DNA from: Candidatus Iainarchaeum sp.
GTDB taxonomy: Archaea; Iainarchaeota; Iainarchaeia; Iainarchaeales; JAFCCW01
NCBI GenBank assembly: GCA_017609985.1
Contig: JAFCCW010000001.1
Span: forward strand, 32,001-96,000
Reading direction: 5' to 3'
DNA: 64,000 bases
The position numbers were made by a program, and so were the translations under genes. The notes under the pieces are model-generated. The model was not told the DNA's origin, did not search any database, and saw only the letters and a program-made list of their open reading frames with translations. Shown here piece after piece: positions 30,898-40,011 of this stretch (the first letter of the stretch is position 1; each line of letters starts with the position of its first letter).

Positions 30898-31038
30898 TTA
30901 AAGAGGTTTTTCAGAAAAACGCTTGTATTTTTCAAGTTCTGAAAGTGCATTCTTCAAGTAAGTACAATTGCGAATGCTCTTGTCAGATTCAAGGCGCATT
31001 TTTAGTTCCCGCGTGATTTCTTCAAGTTGCAGTCTCAT
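30898..31038 (-). CDS. Small hypothetical protein (46 aa), not in ORF track
   Basis: MRLQLEEITRELKMRLESDKSIRNCTYLKNALSELEKYKRFSEKPL; fills gap downstream of hjc. Confidence 0.4.
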   Translation of the reverse strand: MRLQLEEITRELKMRLESDKSIRNCTYLKNALSELEKYKRFSEKPL

Positions 31039-31075
31039 GCTATCAATAATATTTGGCTAGGAATAGTTTAAAAAC

Positions 31076-31492
31076 TCAATCAATAGAAGGTGGAAGAGTT
31101 TTTTGTTTACCAATAGCAACCAAAAGAGGGATGCCAAATTTCATTGCATTCTTTTTAGAGACAGTGAAATTTTTCTTGTTTTTATTGAAGTGTGTTGGAA
31201 GCAAAAAAAACCAGCCCTTGTTAGGAATCTTCCAGGCAACAAACATCTCTGTGCCAGCTCTTCCAGCCCATCCAGCCAGCTGTTCCATTTCATCAACAGG
31301 AATATGCAAATAATCAGAATTCCAAAACTTGCACTCTATTGCAAGACGCTTTTCAGGGGTAAGAGCAATAATGTCAGGGCTTGGAAGAGAAGTTGAACCC
31401 GAACCAGCAATTCTTGCAACAGAAAAACCAAGAGAAAACAGTTTGTGAATGAGTTCTCTCTCTGCTCCAGCCCCTTTTCTATATTTTCCCAT
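31076..31492 (-). CDS. hjc: Archaeal Holliday junction resolvase
   Basis: KGAGAERE, GSG..PDIIA, IECK. Confidence 0.92.
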   Translation of the reverse strand: MGKYRKGAGAERELIHKLFSLGFSVARIAGSGSTSLPSPDIIALTPEKRLAIECKFWNSDYLHIPVDEMEQLAGWAGRAGTEMFVAWKIPNKGWFFLLPTHFNKNKKNFTVSKKNAMKFGIPLLVAIGKQKTLPPSID

Positions 31493-31636
31493 AAAAACCA
31501 GGAATACTTAAGTAAAAAGAGATTAAATTAGTTGCGGGCAAAAGTTAGGGTTTAAATAGTTTTCAGTTCCCAATTATAGCATTATACTTGAAAAAGAGAG
31601 AATTAGAGCAACTTTGATTGTTTTAACCCAGAAATT

Positions 31637-31915
31637 ATGATTAAAAGTAATGAAAAAGGCATATTGCTTGAATTAAGGGTTTCACCTGGAAAAAACCAAT
31701 TCAGTTTTCAGGGTTTTGACAAATGGGCAAACGCCCTAAAGGTGAACACCGCAAGTCAGCCGGAAAATGGGAAAGCAAACAAAGAGCTCATAAAAGAGCT
31801 TGAAAAATTTTTTAATGCAAAAGCTGAAATTCTGAAAGGAAAAACATCAAGGAAAAAAACAGTCCTTGTAAAAACATCTTCAGAAAACGCAAAAAAACAG
31901 CTTGAAAAGCTCTGA
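31637..31915 (+). CDS. DUF167/UPF0235 (YggU-like) protein
   Basis: VSPG, PENGKANKELI, GKTSRKKTV. Confidence 0.88.
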   Translation: MIKSNEKGILLELRVSPGKNQFSFQGFDKWANALKVNTASQPENGKANKELIKELEKFFNAKAEILKGKTSRKKTVLVKTSSENAKKQLEKL

Positions 31916-31940
31916 TTCTCTCCAAGCAGGAGATGGTTTA

Positions 31941-33197
31941 ATGGCAAAAACATACATTAATACAGTAAAATATGAAATAAAGGCAGAATTTGAAGTTGAT
32001 GGAATAGTTGACAAACATGACATAATTGGAGCAATATTTGGACAAAGTGAAGGTCTTCTAGGAGAAGACATGGACCTAAGAGAACTCCAAAAAGGAGGAA
32101 AATTGGGAAGAATTGAAATAACAGAAAAATCCCACTCTGGAAAAACCTCTGGAACTGTTTACGTGCCATCCTCAATGGACAGAGTACAAACAGCTCTGCT
32201 CGCAGCAGCTATTGAAAGCGTTGACAAAGTAGGACCGTGCGATGCAAAATTTGACATAAAGAGTATCAGCGATGCAAGAGCAGACAGAAGGAAAAAAATA
32301 GAAGACAGAGCAAAAGAACTACTTAAATCACTGAACGCAGGAGTTCCGGAAACACAGGAAATGACTGACTCAGTGAGAACAGAAATGAAAAAAGCAGAAA
32401 TAACAGAATATGGAAGAGACAAACTGCCAGCAGGGCCAGATCTCTTAAAAGGCAATGAAGTAATTGTAGTAGAAGGAAGAGCAGATGTTCTAACACTCCT
32501 AAAAAACAGCATTACAAATGTTGTTGGAATGGGCGGAAGCAATGTTCCAAAAGACCTTATCTTCCTCTCAAAAAAGAAATCAATAACACTGTTTATTGAT
32601 GGAGACAGAGGCGGAGAACTCAATTTCAGAAAAATGAGTGCTCTGGCCAAAGTTGACTATATTGCAAGAGCTCCAGACGGAAAAGAAGTTGAAGAGCTCA
32701 CAAGAAAAGAAATAGAAGCAGCTCTCAGAAAAAAAATGCCTGCAAAGGATTTCTTAATAAGAAGACCAAGGGCAAGAATCTCAAGCCGAGAGCCGACAAA
32801 AAAGTTTGAAATAAAGAAAACAGAGGGAAGAACAACAAAAACTATCCCAAGAAAAAAAACACTGGTGTCTCCAACACGAAGACCCCCAGTAATAAAAACA
32901 AAACCGAAAGCAAACACGAAAGAAATTGAAAAATTCTCTCCGGTAATGAAAGAACTTGAAAATAGTCTAAAAGCAAGATTGCTTGACAAGAACGACAAAA
33001 AACTAAAAGAAATAAGTGTAAGAAACATGCTAGAAGAAATGGGAAAAACAAAGAATGCAGAAACAATAGTTTTTGACGGAATAGTAACAAAGAGACTTCT
33101 TGAAGAAGCAGAAAAAAATGGAATAAAAAATCTTGTCGGAGTAAAGAAAGGAAAAATTGAAGAATCAGACAAGGTAAGAGTAATAATTTTGGGCTAA
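31941..33197 (+). CDS. dnaG: Archaeal DnaG (TOPRIM; exosome-associated primase-like)
   Basis: DIIGAIFGQSEGLLG, VVEGRADV, DGDRGG; start at ATG 31941. Confidence 0.93.
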   Translation: MAKTYINTVKYEIKAEFEVDGIVDKHDIIGAIFGQSEGLLGEDMDLRELQKGGKLGRIEITEKSHSGKTSGTVYVPSSMDRVQTALLAAAIESVDKVGPCDAKFDIKSISDARADRRKKIEDRAKELLKSLNAGVPETQEMTDSVRTEMKKAEITEYGRDKLPAGPDLLKGNEVIVVEGRADVLTLLKNSITNVVGMGGSNVPKDLIFLSKKKSITLFIDGDRGGELNFRKMSALAKVDYIARAPDGKEVEELTRKEIEAALRKKMPAKDFLIRRPRARISSREPTKKFEIKKTEGRTTKTIPRKKTLVSPTRRPPVIKTKPKANTKEIEKFSPVMKELENSLKARLLDKNDKKLKEISVRNMLEEMGKTKNAETIVFDGIVTKRLLEEAEKNGIKNLVGVKKGKIEESDKVRVIILG

Positions 33198-33219
33198 AAA
33201 GCCCTGCTTTTTTTATTTT

Positions 33220-33657
33220 TTATTTCTTTTTTAATTTCTTTTTTTTATTCAATTCAACAATAGCCTGTTCAATTGGAACAACTAATTCCCCGGCGCGATA
33301 GAAAGCAATTCCAGCAATTAAAATAGCCGCCCAAAAGAAAAGAGAAGCAATCGGGGAAATGAGAGCACTCCAAAACTGCCGAGTTGTAATTCTGTCCTGT
33401 CCGCCCCTCAACTGAAGACCAGTGAGTTCATTCAAAGAATCCTTGCAATCAAGATACTGCATTTGAGCAAGAACAACATTGTCTGAAGAAACAGAAGAAA
33501 TGCAAGTAGGATAATCCTTCAAAGCAGTCCAAGAATCAAACATGTTAGCAGAAGCACTGAAAAACATCAGCAAAGCAGCAATCATTATAAAAGAACCAAT
33601 CAAGCGAGTAAGATAAAAATCAGTAGAACCAAGCTTGAAATACATAATCCGTCTCAT
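33220..33657 (-). CDS. Hypothetical membrane protein
   Basis: Two TM helices around a Cys-pair loop. Confidence 0.6.
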   Translation of the reverse strand: MRRIMYFKLGSTDFYLTRLIGSFIMIAALLMFFSASANMFDSWTALKDYPTCISSVSSDNVVLAQMQYLDCKDSLNELTGLQLRGGQDRITTRQFWSALISPIASLFFWAAILIAGIAFYRAGELVVPIEQAIVELNKKKKLKKK

Positions 33658-33717
33658 ACAAACCGTAAGTATAACAGGTATTTTCTATTTAAATATTTGC
33701 ATGGACAAGTGTTTTGT

Positions 33718-33790
33718 GGGCCTGTGGTCTAGTGGCTATGACATCTCGTTTACAACGAGAGGATCGGCGGTTCGATTCCGCCCAGGCCCA
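33718..33790 (+). tRNA. tRNA-Val(TAC)
   Basis: Cloverleaf: GGGCCTG/CAGGCCC, anticodon arm TCTCG-TTTACAA-CGAGA, T-loop TTCGATT; CCA not encoded. Confidence 0.95.
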
Positions 33791-33807
33791 ATAAGAGGTA
33801 TTTTTAA

Positions 33808-34203
33808 ATGAAAATTCCGGAAAAAATTCAAAAAATTATTCAAGAACAAGATATTCATATCTTAGCTACTGCTTCAAAAAAAGGCAAGCCAAACATTATT
33901 TATTTGAAATTTCTCAAAGTATGCTCTGATGAACAAATTTTAATTGCAGACAATAAATTTTTTAAAACCCGAAAAAATCTTGAAGAAAACCCAAAAATTG
34001 CGTTTGTAGTCCTTGATAAAAAAGAAGGCAAATCATACCAGTTAAAAGGAAATATTAAAACCATTGAAAAAGGACCTGTTTTTGAAAGTGCAATTAACTG
34101 GGTTAAGAAAAAAAGAAGCAGCTCAACCACCCGCCCAAAAGCAGCAATCTTGCTAACTGTGAAAGAAATTTATTCCGGAGCAAAAAAAATAACTGATAAA
34201 TAA
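33808..34203 (+). CDS. Pyridoxamine 5'-phosphate oxidase-like FMN-binding protein
   Basis: LATASKKGKPN, KTRKNLEENPK, SYQLKG. Confidence 0.85.
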   Translation: MKIPEKIQKIIQEQDIHILATASKKGKPNIIYLKFLKVCSDEQILIADNKFFKTRKNLEENPKIAFVVLDKKEGKSYQLKGNIKTIEKGPVFESAINWVKKKRSSSTTRPKAAILLTVKEIYSGAKKITDK

Positions 34204-34235
34204 AACATTTATTAAGCAAAAACTCTATTTCTATC

Positions 34236-34415
34236 ATGAAAAGAGGAAAAAAATACGAGATTGAAGTTCTCATGGAAGGCAGGGGAGGAGAGCTTGTTTT
34301 TCAGCCAGTGAAAGCAAGCAAGCACGATCTCAAAGCATTGATTGAAGCAACAAAGAATCCTGTTATTAAAGAAAACATCAGAAAAAGTGCAGAGGAAAAA
34401 AAGGTGAAACTGTGA
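34236..34415 (+). CDS. Small hypothetical protein (59 aa), not in ORF track
   Basis: MKRGKKYEIEVLMEGRGGELVFQPV...; stop overlaps next start (GTGA); TATA-like TTTATTAA upstream. Confidence 0.5.
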   Translation: MKRGKKYEIEVLMEGRGGELVFQPVKASKHDLKALIEATKNPVIKENIRKSAEEKKVKL

Positions 34416-36082
34416 AAAAAATTGTTTTTCTTTTAATTGCAGTAACACTGTTTTGTGAAATAGGCTTTGCAGAAATAGACTTTAATGCTCCGACTTCAGT
34501 TAAGGGAATAAAGGCAAGAGTGCTTATTGAAGGTCAGGGAAATATCAGCGGAGAGCTTGAAGGAGGAACAGTAAAGATAAGTGTTTTAACTTTTAGAGAC
34601 GAAAGCAGAACAACAATTCATTCCCTTTCAGAAAAACTAAAAATAAATGAAAAAGAAATAGAAGCAGTTCACGAAACAGACGAGGTTGGAAACAAGTATG
34701 CTGTTTTTGAAGTAAGGGAAACAGGAGAATTTGAATTCTTTATAGACGCAATAGTTGAAACAAATATTGAAATTACTGGATTACGAGACTACAATCTCAT
34801 AAATGGAATAACGCTTAACGAAGAGTATTTGAAACCAAGCGAGAGTGTTCAATCAAATCATGCGGAAATAAGGACAATTGCCTTAAACAAATTCCAAAGC
34901 AGTTCGCTTCTTGAAACAGTGGGGCAAGTAACTGAATGGACAAACAACTTTCTTGAATATGACTGGGCTTATTATCCTGGAACATACTCTGCACTAGAAA
35001 CACTGGAGAACAGAGCAGGAGTGTGCGATGAGTTTGCAACGCTTTCAGCAGCAATGCTAAGAGCGAGTGGAATTCCAACAAGATTCGTGCACGGAATAGT
35101 GTATTCTGGACAAAAATGGGGACAGCACGCCTGGCTAGAATTTTATTCACCAGAAAATGGGTGGCTAGAAATAGATTCCACTTACGGAGAAGCAGGCTTT
35201 GTAGACGGAACACACATTGGAATGGGAATCGCAACAGATCCAAAGAACGCAATAGAATTGAGAGCAGAGTATCCTGAGACTGCTGCGCTATCAATAGAAA
35301 AAAATGAACCAAAAATTTCAATAGATTATTTTAACAGTTTTTCAAATGAAATAGAAATCAAAGCAGGAGAAAAAGAAGCAGTAGCCATGAACTGGGAAAG
35401 TCTGGAAATAGAATTGAAAAATAATACAAACTCATATATGTTTGTTCCACTGCAGGCAACAATGCACCCTGATTTTAAAATACTGGAAGAGCAAAGAACC
35501 CTGCTTTTTAAGCCAGGGGAAACAAGAATAGAAAAATTTTCTTTTTCATGCCAAAAACAGTTTGAAAAAGGACAAATTGCAACATACCAATACAAGATTG
35601 TTTCACTTCTTCCAACAATAACAAGCAAGATAATCGTGTATCCGGAAAAGGAAATAGGAAAAGATGGCAAACTATCAGTCGAAAGCATCACGCCACTGGT
35701 TAAGGGAAAAGACCTGATTATAGAAATTGTGATTGAAAATATGGGATTGAAAAAAAAAGAAGTAACACTTTCAATTAAAAATGGAATAAAAGAAGAAGAA
35801 ACCTACTCGATTGAAGGACTTCAAAGAAAAACAATTCAATACAGGGTTTCAAATTATTCCTCTAAAGAGTATACAATAACAATTGAAGGAGAAGAAATAT
35901 TTGAAGAAAAAATAATACAGCCTAAAGAAACAAAGAAAGACGAAGAAAAACAAGAGAAAAAAGAATTAGAAGAAAACAAAGTGTTGATTGAAGAAGAAGA
36001 TGAAACAACGCTTTTATTGGCTGGGAGCGCAGGACTTGCACTCGCATTAGTTTTATTAATCTTGCTCAGAAAAAAGTTGTAA
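34412..36082 (+). CDS. Secreted, membrane-anchored transglutaminase-like protein
   Basis: Signal peptide; GVCDEFA, HAWLE, IDST triad; C-terminal TM helix and RKKL. Confidence 0.85.
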   Translation: MKKIVFLLIAVTLFCEIGFAEIDFNAPTSVKGIKARVLIEGQGNISGELEGGTVKISVLTFRDESRTTIHSLSEKLKINEKEIEAVHETDEVGNKYAVFEVRETGEFEFFIDAIVETNIEITGLRDYNLINGITLNEEYLKPSESVQSNHAEIRTIALNKFQSSSLLETVGQVTEWTNNFLEYDWAYYPGTYSALETLENRAGVCDEFATLSAAMLRASGIPTRFVHGIVYSGQKWGQHAWLEFYSPENGWLEIDSTYGEAGFVDGTHIGMGIATDPKNAIELRAEYPETAALSIEKNEPKISIDYFNSFSNEIEIKAGEKEAVAMNWESLEIELKNNTNSYMFVPLQATMHPDFKILEEQRTLLFKPGETRIEKFSFSCQKQFEKGQIATYQYKIVSLLPTITSKIIVYPEKEIGKDGKLSVESITPLVKGKDLIIEIVIENMGLKKKEVTLSIKNGIKEEETYSIEGLQRKTIQYRVSNYSSKEYTITIEGEEIFEEKIIQPKETKKDEEKQEKKELEENKVLIEEEDETTLLLAGSAGLALALVLLILLRKKL

Positions 36083-36084
36083 GA

Positions 36085-36156
36085 GCGGCCATAGTCTAGT
36101 GGTTAGGACTCCACGTTGCCAACGTGGTAACCCGGGTTCGAATCCCGGTGGCCGCA
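36085..36156 (+). tRNA. tRNA-Gly(GCC)
   Basis: GCGGCCA/TGGCCGC, CCACG-TTGCCAA-CGTGG, TTCGAAT. Confidence 0.95.
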
Positions 36157-36205
36157 TAACACTATCGAACGAAGAATCAGAACAGGGTTGGAAAAAAAGA
36201 TTAAA

Positions 36206-37108
36206 CTATTTCTTTGATGGAGACGCAATAACTTCTGCATAAATTGCTATTGAAAGAAAAGCAAAGGAAAAAATCTGAAGCGGAGAAATAAGCATTGAAA
36301 AAAGCAGGTTAAGACCAATCTGCAAATAAACAATCCCGGAAACAAAAACAAGAATTGTAGTGAAGATGCTGAAAATCAAAGAAGCAACATAGAATAAAAC
36401 ATAAATCGCAATTCCGCCTACAACTGAAGCCAGAATAATTTCAAGTACCTTACCGCGAGTGATTACCCAGCTCTCCTTAAGAGCAGTAGATATCTTGACA
36501 TTTCGTGAAAGAAAAACAATTGGAGCAAGACCAAGCCGTATAGAGTTATAAACAACAATAATCAAAAAAGCAAAAAATGCAAGAAAAGCAAAAATCCCAA
36601 ACAAGGCAGCAACAATAGGACTTATTAAAACTGAAAAAAGTGCAATAGCTGACAAAATGATTGCTGCAAAAAGAACAAGCAAAAACTTAAGATTGAAAAC
36701 ACATAAAAGTGCAGCAAACTCTGCGACAACTCCTAAGAGGATATATTTCAAAACCTTAATTGTGTTAACAGGAGCTGCAGGAAGATTTCTGGAACGCAAT
36801 GCAAACAAGTAAACAAGAACTGAAACAAAAGTAACTGCTAGCCCATACACCAAACTCCAAAAAACTGCGACAAGAAGAAAACCAGAGAATGCAGGGATAA
36901 TAGAAGGAGATTGCACAGCAGAGAGCAAAGCAGCAGTGTTTCCTGCAAGAGCCAGAGTTATTAAATTTTGAAAGAAAACAAGGCCAATGCCAGCAAGACC
37001 CACAAAGAACAAAATACTGAGTAAGTAAAAAAGCAAAACATATTTTGCAGATTCTCTTTTGTGATTAATCCAAGCAAAAGAAAGTTTTACAATTCCTCCA
37101 TAATCCAT
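36206..37108 (-). CDS. Polytopic membrane protein
   Basis: Multiple TM helices; ALKESWVITRGK motif common in uncharacterised membrane families. Confidence 0.7.
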   Translation of the reverse strand: MDYGGIVKLSFAWINHKRESAKYVLLFYLLSILFFVGLAGIGLVFFQNLITLALAGNTAALLSAVQSPSIIPAFSGFLLVAVFWSLVYGLAVTFVSVLVYLFALRSRNLPAAPVNTIKVLKYILLGVVAEFAALLCVFNLKFLLVLFAAIILSAIALFSVLISPIVAALFGIFAFLAFFAFLIIVVYNSIRLGLAPIVFLSRNVKISTALKESWVITRGKVLEIILASVVGGIAIYVLFYVASLIFSIFTTILVFVSGIVYLQIGLNLLFSMLISPLQIFSFAFLSIAIYAEVIASPSKK

Positions 37109-37129
37109 GAATAAACAGACTGCACAATA

Positions 37130-37768
37130 CTATAAAAATCTTTTTATGGAGTCAAAAATCTTGGAATGGATTTTTTCTCTTGAGAAAATGCATTCATTTT
37201 CAGTGCAGTTTATCTTGAACCAGTTTTCTTTTTCTGCAAGCATGAGATAAGCAGAGCGAACTCTTTCAAGATATTGAATATTGGATTCGTGAATGTCAGT
37301 GGAAGAACGATTCTTCATGAGCTTTTGAGAAATTGAAACAGGAACATCAAGAAAAATAGTTGCAATTGGTTTAGGAAGACGAGACTCAGTAAAAGAAATC
37401 CATTCAATGAATTTTTTTCTGTCATTTAAATCAGAAAACTTTGCACCCTGATGCGCAGCATTTGAAGCAGTAAACCTGTCGCAGACAACAATTTTTCCAG
37501 AGTCAAGCGCCTGTTCAAGTTCCTTAAGCGCAGCATATTTGTCAAGAGAATAAAGAAGTGAAGCAAACTCTGGAGTAACCTGTTCAAGGGAACCAAAGTC
37601 TCCATCAAGATACTGCTTCACAATTCTTCCGGTTCTGGTGTCATAACGAGGAAAAGAAAAAATAACTGAATCAAGGCCTTTTTTTATAAGCCTGTTCTTG
37701 AGAAGCTCTACCTGAGTTGCTTTGCCACTTGCGTCAGTACCCTCAATCACAAAAAGCATGCCCTTCAT
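37130..37768 (-). CDS. tmk: Thymidylate kinase
   Basis: IEGTDASGKATQ, SFPRY, CDRF, DIHE; start moved to ATG 37768. Confidence 0.92.
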   Translation of the reverse strand: MKGMLFVIEGTDASGKATQVELLKNRLIKKGLDSVIFSFPRYDTRTGRIVKQYLDGDFGSLEQVTPEFASLLYSLDKYAALKELEQALDSGKIVVCDRFTASNAAHQGAKFSDLNDRKKFIEWISFTESRLPKPIATIFLDVPVSISQKLMKNRSSTDIHESNIQYLERVRSAYLMLAEKENWFKINCTENECIFSREKIHSKIFDSIKRFL

Positions 37769-37821
37769 GAAATTATATTGTCTAAAAGATATTAAAAGAA
37801 TGTCTGAATAGGAAGAATGTA

Positions 37822-38172
37822 ATGAAAGGAAGAGGAAAGAAAAGGGAAACAGGAAAAAAACAGGGAAAAAAAAGAAAAAACAGACGAGAAAATAAAGGGT
37901 TTGAACCGGTGAAAGCCAAAGCCCAGCTTTTAGCGCTTGGCAAAACAGCAAAAGCTCTTGAAACAGGACTTAAAAAAGCAGAAGAAAGAAAGAAAAAGAC
38001 GATTGAAAATGAGCTCGTGATAACCTTGACAATGATGTGGTCAAGCGCAAGACTTCTAGAAAATTACCATGAAAAAGCAGGAAACAAAGACAAGAAAGAA
38101 AAATATGGAAGAATAGCAGAAACAATAAACCAAAGGCTTGGCCAGTTAGGAAACAGAATAGAAACAGAATAG
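37822..38172 (+). CDS. Hypothetical basic protein
   Basis: 116-aa ORF divergent from tmk. Confidence 0.5.
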   Translation: MKGRGKKRETGKKQGKKRKNRRENKGFEPVKAKAQLLALGKTAKALETGLKKAEERKKKTIENELVITLTMMWSSARLLENYHEKAGNKDKKEKYGRIAETINQRLGQLGNRIETE

Positions 38173-38200
38173 AAACAGAATAGAAACAGAATAGAAACAG
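38150..38200. repeat. 11-bp tandem repeat
   Basis: GAAACAGAATA x4 plus partial copy, spanning a stop codon. Confidence 0.9.
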
Positions 38201-38246
38201 GAAAAAAATAAAAGTATTTAATTGTTTCCAGAGGAAATTATTTGAC

Positions 38247-38317
38247 GCGTCCATGGTGTAGTGGTAGCATTAGAGCCTTCCAAGCTCTCCGCCCGGGTTC
38301 GAATCCCGGTGGGCGCA
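38247..38317 (+). tRNA. tRNA-Gly(TCC)
   Basis: GCGTCCA/TGGGCGC, AGAGC-CTTCCAA-GCTCT, TTCGAAT. Confidence 0.95.
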
Positions 38318-38343
38318 TCACCAAATACACTGGCGGAACATAA

Positions 38344-38844
38344 ATGAAAGAACTGATTGAAGAGATTGATGAAAAAGGTAATCCAGTGAAAACTATAAGC
38401 AGACAAGAAGCACATGAAAAAGGGTTAATGCACAGGACAGTTGTTCTGATGCTGTTCGACTTGGATGGTAGATTGTTTCTCCAAAAGAGAGCAGGCTGGA
38501 AAAAGTATTTTGGAGGAAAATGGGAATTTTCAGCAGGAGGGCATCTTGAAGCAGGCGAGGGAGAAGAAAAAGGAATGAAAAAAGAAGCAGAGGAAGAAAT
38601 AGGCGTAAAGGAATTGAATTTGAAGAAGATTGGAGAAGAAAGAGTTGATGTGAAGCAAGAGGGAATGCACAACAAAGAGATTGTGAGCGTGTTCAAAACA
38701 GTTTCCAAAACAGGGATTGTAATTGATGGAGAAGAAGTTGAAGACGGCAGGTTTTGGGAGCTAGAAGAATTAAAGAAAGAAATTGAGGAAAATGAAGCAG
38801 AATTTACTCCATTGCTTGTGAGATGTTTGAAAAAATACTTTTAG
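38344..38844 (+). CDS. NUDIX hydrolase (IDI-like/YfcD subfamily)
   Basis: GGHLEAGE...KEAEEEIG Nudix box; HEKGLMHR. Confidence 0.85.
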   Translation: MKELIEEIDEKGNPVKTISRQEAHEKGLMHRTVVLMLFDLDGRLFLQKRAGWKKYFGGKWEFSAGGHLEAGEGEEKGMKKEAEEEIGVKELNLKKIGEERVDVKQEGMHNKEIVSVFKTVSKTGIVIDGEEVEDGRFWELEELKKEIEENEAEFTPLLVRCLKKYF

Positions 38845-38880
38845 AAAGAAATAAAAGCTAAAAAAACACTAATTCTTTGA

Positions 38881-39192
38881 ATGACAAAAAAGAGAATTGG
38901 AAAAAAACAGGTTCAAGCAATAGCTCTTGAACGTATTTACAGATTGTTCGAGCTGGCAGAACAGGAATTTGAAAAACACCCAGAGAGAAGCAAGAGATAT
39001 GTAGAGCTTGCACGAAAGATTGGGACAAGAAGCAATGTAACTATTCCCTCAAAATTAAAGAAAAGATTCTGCAAAAAATGCGGAGCATTCCTTGTATATG
39101 GAACAAATGGAGAACTTGAAGAAAAGGAAAAAATTGGAAATCTCAAATGCAGAGAATGCGGAGCAGAAAGAAAGGTGAAACTTTGTGAATAG
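38881..39192 (+). CDS. rnp4: RNase P protein subunit Rpp21
   Basis: IALERI..LF, RYVELARKI, CKKC...CREC. Confidence 0.92.
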   Translation: MTKKRIGKKQVQAIALERIYRLFELAEQEFEKHPERSKRYVELARKIGTRSNVTIPSKLKKRFCKKCGAFLVYGTNGELEEKEKIGNLKCRECGAERKVKLCE

Positions 39193-39874
39193 TAAAAAAG
39201 GACAAGGTGCAATAGAGTATCTCTTGCTGATTGCCGCAGCAGTGCTTATCGCAGCAGTAGTGATTTTTCTTCTCGCAACAATGAGTGGAACGGGAAAAGA
39301 AGCAGGGGAAGAGGGGATGAGAGAAGTGTCTGGCGGATTAGACAATTTATTTAATTTAATTGATGAAGACGAAGGAAGATTTTTTATAGATGGAACAAAT
39401 ATTGTTCCAATAGAGGGAAGTGAAAGCTATTCAGATTATTATCAATATGATTTAACTGAAGCATCAAGCTTGAATCTTGCGCAAGAAAGCAATCACGCAC
39501 TATTTTATTTATACCAACAGCAAGGCTCAAGTAGGATTGGGATTGCAATAGTCTTGGATAAACAGGATGATGGAAGTAGCGGAGATATGCAATTGAGAAT
39601 AACAGGAGATGCTGGGAAAGGCAATATTGTGGTAATGGATGACAGTGGAGAAATGTCAGAAAACAGCTCTGAACTCAATGGAAGTTGGAGCTGGGCTGGC
39701 TGCTGTACTGACGGCGGATTGTTTACGATGCCGAACAATGAAAGCTGGAGCCTTGATTTTGAGATTGATGCAGCAAGCCTGAGTGGAATTTATGAAAGAT
39801 ATGTTGTGTTTGAAGGCAGTGGAAGACAAGCAGTTGGAAACAGTTTTACTTTGAGTTATGAATATACTCCTTAA
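39185..39874 (+). CDS. Class III signal peptide (pilin-like) protein
   Basis: KKG|QGAIEYLLL followed by hydrophobic helix; acidic beta-rich domain. Confidence 0.85.
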   Translation: MNSKKGQGAIEYLLLIAAAVLIAAVVIFLLATMSGTGKEAGEEGMREVSGGLDNLFNLIDEDEGRFFIDGTNIVPIEGSESYSDYYQYDLTEASSLNLAQESNHALFYLYQQQGSSRIGIAIVLDKQDDGSSGDMQLRITGDAGKGNIVVMDDSGEMSENSSELNGSWSWAGCCTDGGLFTMPNNESWSLDFEIDAASLSGIYERYVVFEGSGRQAVGNSFTLSYEYTP

Positions 39875-40011
39875 TCCACCACCGCCACCACCCCCTAAAA
39901 AGCTTTTTAAATGTTTTTGGGGGAGAATTTGTTTGAAAAGCTCTAATTTTAGAGCTACAGTCAAAGACTGTATAGCAAATGTCCCGAAAGGGACACAATG
40001 GAGGAATAAAT

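Noticed and set aside
37769-37951. Hydrophobic N-terminal extension on Tmk
   Set aside because: It is the antisense of an A-rich plus-strand ORF; the kinase starts at ATG 37768.
33718-38317. Integrated element at the tRNA cluster
   Set aside because: No integrase, no duplicated tRNA 3' end seen, and the region includes core tmk.
38344-38844. Type 1 IPP isomerase
   Set aside because: The catalytic Cys motif is replaced (WEFSAGGH), so it is called a generic Nudix hydrolase.
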